A program made the position numbers and the translations under genes. A stretch of 64,000 nucleotides of DNA from the human T2T-CHM13v2.0 reference genome, Homo sapiens: assembly GCF_009914755.1 (NCBI RefSeq), contig NC_060940.1; one strand, written 5' to 3'. This document shows positions 59,769 to 64,000 of the stretch, one piece after another. Positions within the stretch are counted from its first letter, which is position 1. Each line of letters starts with the position of its first letter. The notes under the pieces are model-generated. The model saw nothing but the letters and a program-made list of their open reading frames with translations, was not told the origin of the DNA and searched no databases.

Positions 59769-60024
59769 GTGAGACCCGGGCGCACCCCTGCAGCCTGCAG
59801 GCCCTGCTGCTGTGGCTCCGAGGGGTGTTGTGGGCGGAAGATGGGCAGCAGCGTGCCGTCCAGGGAGGGTCTGCAGGAGCCGGCAGCTACACAGCCCCGG
59901 GGGTACACAGACACCTCCTCTCAGGCCCCGCTGGGTGGGGTCAGCCAGCCTGGGGCCTCGGGTCCCCCACGGTGGGGTCAGGCCCCACCTGGCCAAGCCT
60001 GGAGCCCGGGCGTCCCCCTGCCAG

Positions 60025-60099
60025 GTGATCGCCGAGGACATCTCGGGGAACAACGGCTACGTGGAGCTCTCCTTCCGGGCCAGGAAGCTGGACGACAAG
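60025..60099 (+). CDS. CPNE7: Copine-7 exon (75 nt; start of C2B)
   Basis: gccag|GTGATC...GACAAG|gtgagt; VIAEDISGNNGYVELSFRARKLDDK. Confidence 0.96.
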
Positions 60100-60659
60100 G
60101 TGAGTGCAGGTGCCGGGCACGCCTGGCTCAGGCTGAGGTCCGGGAACCGGTTCGAAAACCCGGTCCCTGCCCAGCGCTGACCTCGCGTGGCTATGTCCCG
60201 TGTGAGACGTGTGCGGAGTGTGCCTGGGGCTGGGCGTGCTGCCGTCACGGTCGCCATCATCACTGTCACCGCCATTAGCTCTCCCGCCCCTCCTGGCAGC
60301 TGGGCTGGGGCTGGGGCAGCTCCCTCCTGTGGGGACCACTCATGACCCTGCTCAGGGATGGGGAAATAGGCCCAGCACCCCCGAGGCCACTGTCGTGACA
60401 GGAGGAACTGGAACAGCGCGCGGTTCTGCGGGCTCGTCACGTGGGTGGGCAGAACAGGGTCCAACCCCGCCATGTAGGGCGTCTCCCTGGAGGGGCTGAG
60501 TCGCAGGGTGTGTAGGGCAAGTCCGTGGAGGGCTGAGTCGCAGGGTGTGCAGGGTGACTCCATGGAGGGCTGAGTTGCCCGCCGTGGTCAGATCCCTGGG
60601 GGCGGGAGGGAGGGACGAGATGCTGTCGGCGGGGACTGGCTGCCTCGTTTTGTGCCTGA

Positions 60660-61064
<405 letters not shown>

Positions 61065-61460
61065 TAGTCGTGGCTGTGATTATTTTTAGACCTACCTTCC
61101 ACTTCCTGCAGGTGAAATGGGATTTCAGCGACGGCAGGGAGAGAGTGCTTTCTTTTGAGAGAAATTAACTTGAGTGAAAATGAATCTATTTAAGGAAGAG
61201 AGCAGCGCAGGTGGCTCAGAGGTGGCAGAAGTTACGAAGGTGGAGGCACAGGGCTCGGAAATGTGTCTCCCGGGTCCTCACATGGCTTCGTGCAGGGAGT
61301 GGGTGCCAGCCCCAGCTCAGGGCCCCGGCGCTGTCTGGGGTGATGCAGGGGCAGGGCCAGCTGTGCCCGCCTCACAGCTGCTCTTCCACCCAGGTCTCTA
61401 TCCCCCCCAAGGATCCCAGGGCCCTGGGCCTCCCCTGAGCCAGCCCCTCCCGGCCCACAG

Positions 61461-61550
61461 GTGGTGAAGAACAACCTGAACCCGGTGTGGGAGGCCTTCA
61501 AAGTCTCTCTGAGTTCCCTCTGCAGCTGCGAGGAGACAAGGCCTCTAAAG
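61461..61550 (+). CDS. CPNE7: Copine-7 exon (90 nt)
   Basis: cacag|GTGGTG...CTAAAG|gtgggg; VVKNNLNPVWEAFKVSLSSLCSCEETRPLK. Confidence 0.96.
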
Positions 61551-61683
61551 GTGGGGGACGGGATGGACCAAGGGGGCAGTGAGGGGGTGGCCTGGATGTG
61601 GGCTGCGATGGAGACACCTGGGCTCGGGTGGGAGGGTCCTGGGGCCCCCAGACAGCAGTGCTGAGGAGGACTGGGCTCCCCAG

Positions 61684-61782
61684 TGCCTGGTCTGGGATTA
61701 CGACTCTCGAGGAAAGCACGACTTCATCGGAGAATTCTCTACCACCTTCGAGGAGATGCAGAAGGCCTTTGAGGAGGGGCAG
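61684..61782 (+). CDS. CPNE7: Copine-7 exon (99 nt)
   Basis: ccccag|TGCCTG...GGGCAG|gtgagc; CLVWDYDSRGKHDFIGEFSTTFEEMQKAFEEGQ. Confidence 0.96.
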
Positions 61783-62618
61783 GTGAGCAGGACGGGGTAG
61801 GGGGTCCTCCAGGGAGGGTCAGGTGGGGGTGGAGGGGGGCCTTCGGGGAGGGGTAGGTGAGCAGGACTGGGGGGGTACCTCCAGGAAGTGTCAGGTGAGG
61901 AGGTGGGGGGTGGGGTAGGGGCCTCCGTGGAGGGGCATGTGGGTGGGCACCTCTGGGGAGGAGCAGGTTGGGGGGGCCTTTGGGGAGGTTCAGGTGAGGG
62001 GGGCCTCCAGGGAGGGGCAGTTAGCAGGGGGAGGGGGCATTCAGGGAGGGGCAGGTGAGGGGGGCCTCTGGGGAGGGGCAGGTGAGTCGGGGGCACACCT
62101 GGGCTACGCCTGTGTTGGCCCTGCCACAGAGGCTGTGAAACCCTGTCCCACTGTCCTGATGGGGTTGTGGGGAGTGGTGACAATGACTTGTTATAACCAG
62201 AGAAGGCTGAGGATGGTGGACCCTGGTGCTGGCTCCTGAGGGGTCATAGCAGGGGTGGCCCCCATCAGGTTCAGCTGGACATTTCAGGCACCATCTGGGT
62301 CTGGGCACAGGGGTGGTGGGAGGTGGGGCCAAGGGGTGCCCTCCCCTGTGTCTGCCCAGCCCACAGCAGCCGGGTGAGGGTGCAGTGGGGAGGCCACCCT
62401 GGGCCCTGCTTCCTCCCCCGTCCCTGGGCCTCAGTGTCCTTGGGCTTAATGACAGGGCCATGCCGGGTGGGGGATGCAACTCCCATCCCTCTTCATTCCC
62501 GTATGACCCACTCTGCCCCTTCCTGCTGCCCTGCAGCAGTGCCCTCCCCTCCCCTCCCCACCACGGGGCCCTCTGCCGTCGCTATTGGGGATGGTCTTGG
62601 GTAGGGTCTCCCTGGTAG

Positions 62619-63020
<402 letters not shown>

Positions 63021-63039
63021 TGACTCCGCCGGCCGGAAG

Positions 63040-63099
63040 TTCCACAGGGTGTACTCCTTCCTGGACTATATCATGGGCGGCTGCCAGATCCACTTCACC
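63040..63099 (+). CDS. CPNE7: Copine-7 exon (60 nt, just before the vWA domain); gene continues past the window
   Basis: ggaag|TTCCAC...TTCACC|gtgagt; FHRVYSFLDYIMGGCQIHFT (conserved copine SFLDYI motif). Confidence 0.93.
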
Positions 63100-63101
63100 G
63101 T

Positions 63102-63465
63102 GAGTCCATGGCCCCGCCCCATGCCGCCCCCTCAGTCCGTGGCCCCGCCCCTCCCCGCCCCCTCAGTCCGTGGCCCCGCCCCTCCCCGCCCCCTCAGTCT
63201 GTGGCCCCGCCCCTCCCCGCCCCCTCAGTCCGTGGCCCCGCCCCTCCCCGCCCCCTCAGTCTGTGGCCCCGCCCCTCCCCGCCCCCTCAGTCCGTGGCCC
63301 CGCCCCTCCCCGCCCCCTCAGTCCGTGGCCCCGCCCCTCCCCGCCCCCTCAGTCCGTGGCCCCGCCCCTCCCCGCCCCCTCAGTCCGTGGCCCCGCCCCT
63401 CCCTGCCCCCTCAGTCCGTGGCCCCGCCCCACCCCGCCCCCTCAGTCAGTGGCCCCGCCCCCCTC
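63102..63465. repeat. 31-bp C-rich VNTR, about 11 copies
   Basis: Unit GTCCGTGGCCCCGCCCCTCCCCGCCCCCTCA. Confidence 0.96.
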
Positions 63466-63523
63466 CACACCGGGACCTGCCCCCCGCCCACCCGGAGGAG
63501 GAACCAGGCCAGATACCTGGAGT

Positions 63524-63582
63524 CCCCCCCGCCGCCCCTGCCCCCGCCCCCGCCCCCGCCCCCGCCCCCGCCCCCGCCCCGC
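63524..63582. repeat. (GCCCCC)n hexamer repeat
   Basis: About 7-8 copies. Confidence 0.92.
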
Positions 63583-63854
63583 TCCCGAGGGGTCCCAGCC
63601 TGGCGGGTGAAAGGGCACTGGCGGTTCCCCGTGAGCCGATGTCTCCATGCGCGGCTCCTGGGGGTCCTCCCTTTTGCGCAGGCGAGGAAACGGGCTTGGG
63701 GTTCAGGAAGCAGCCCCAAGCCCGCCTTGGGAGGTGACATCACCAGGGCTTACCTTCCACAAACACATTTAACAACAGACAAAACGTGAACGAGGAGAAA
63801 CTGGAGTGAGCGTTTGAACCAGCCACAGTCTCTACGTGTCATCCAAGGAGCCCG

Positions 63855-64000
63855 GCACAGACCCCGTGTCACCCCCATGTCACCCGCAGACCCCGCGTCA
63901 CCCATAGATACGCACACCCCGTGTCACCCCCATAGCACCCGCAGACCCCGCGTCACCCATAGATACGCACACCCCGTGTCACCCCCATAGCACCCGCAGA
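63855..64000. repeat. About 56-bp VNTR truncated by the window end
   Basis: Unit acccgcagaccccgcgtcacccatagatacgcacaccccgtgtcacccccatagc. Confidence 0.88.

Overview
This window is human chr16q24.3, with three genes all on the + strand. It holds SPG7 (paraplegin, m-AAA protease subunit) exons 4-17, including the intron-9 alternative terminal exon. It also holds the complete RPL13 gene with the intronic C/D snoRNA SNORD68, and the 5' part of CPNE7 (copine-7, both C2 domains). All exon boundaries were read from the sequence; they are canonical GT-AG and join in frame. The SPG7 allele carries A503 and Q688 where I recall T503 and R688 in the reference protein. Non-coding DNA is dense in Alus, old L1/MIR/L2/MER remnants and at least ten minisatellites. 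Most ORFs in the supplied track are Alu or VNTR artefacts. I cannot support a wholly new biological system here. The best leads are: (1) a ~200-bp non-Alu inverted repeat in SPG7 intron 5; (2) two TE-derived CPNE7 cassette exons that keep frame only when included together; (3) several sense-strand repeats built from 5' splice-site motifs, one just upstream of the SPG7 alternative last exon; (4) VNTRs that arose inside old transposon remnants. Gene, variant and repeat-family assignments come from recalled sequences, not database searches. Repeat boundaries are approximate.
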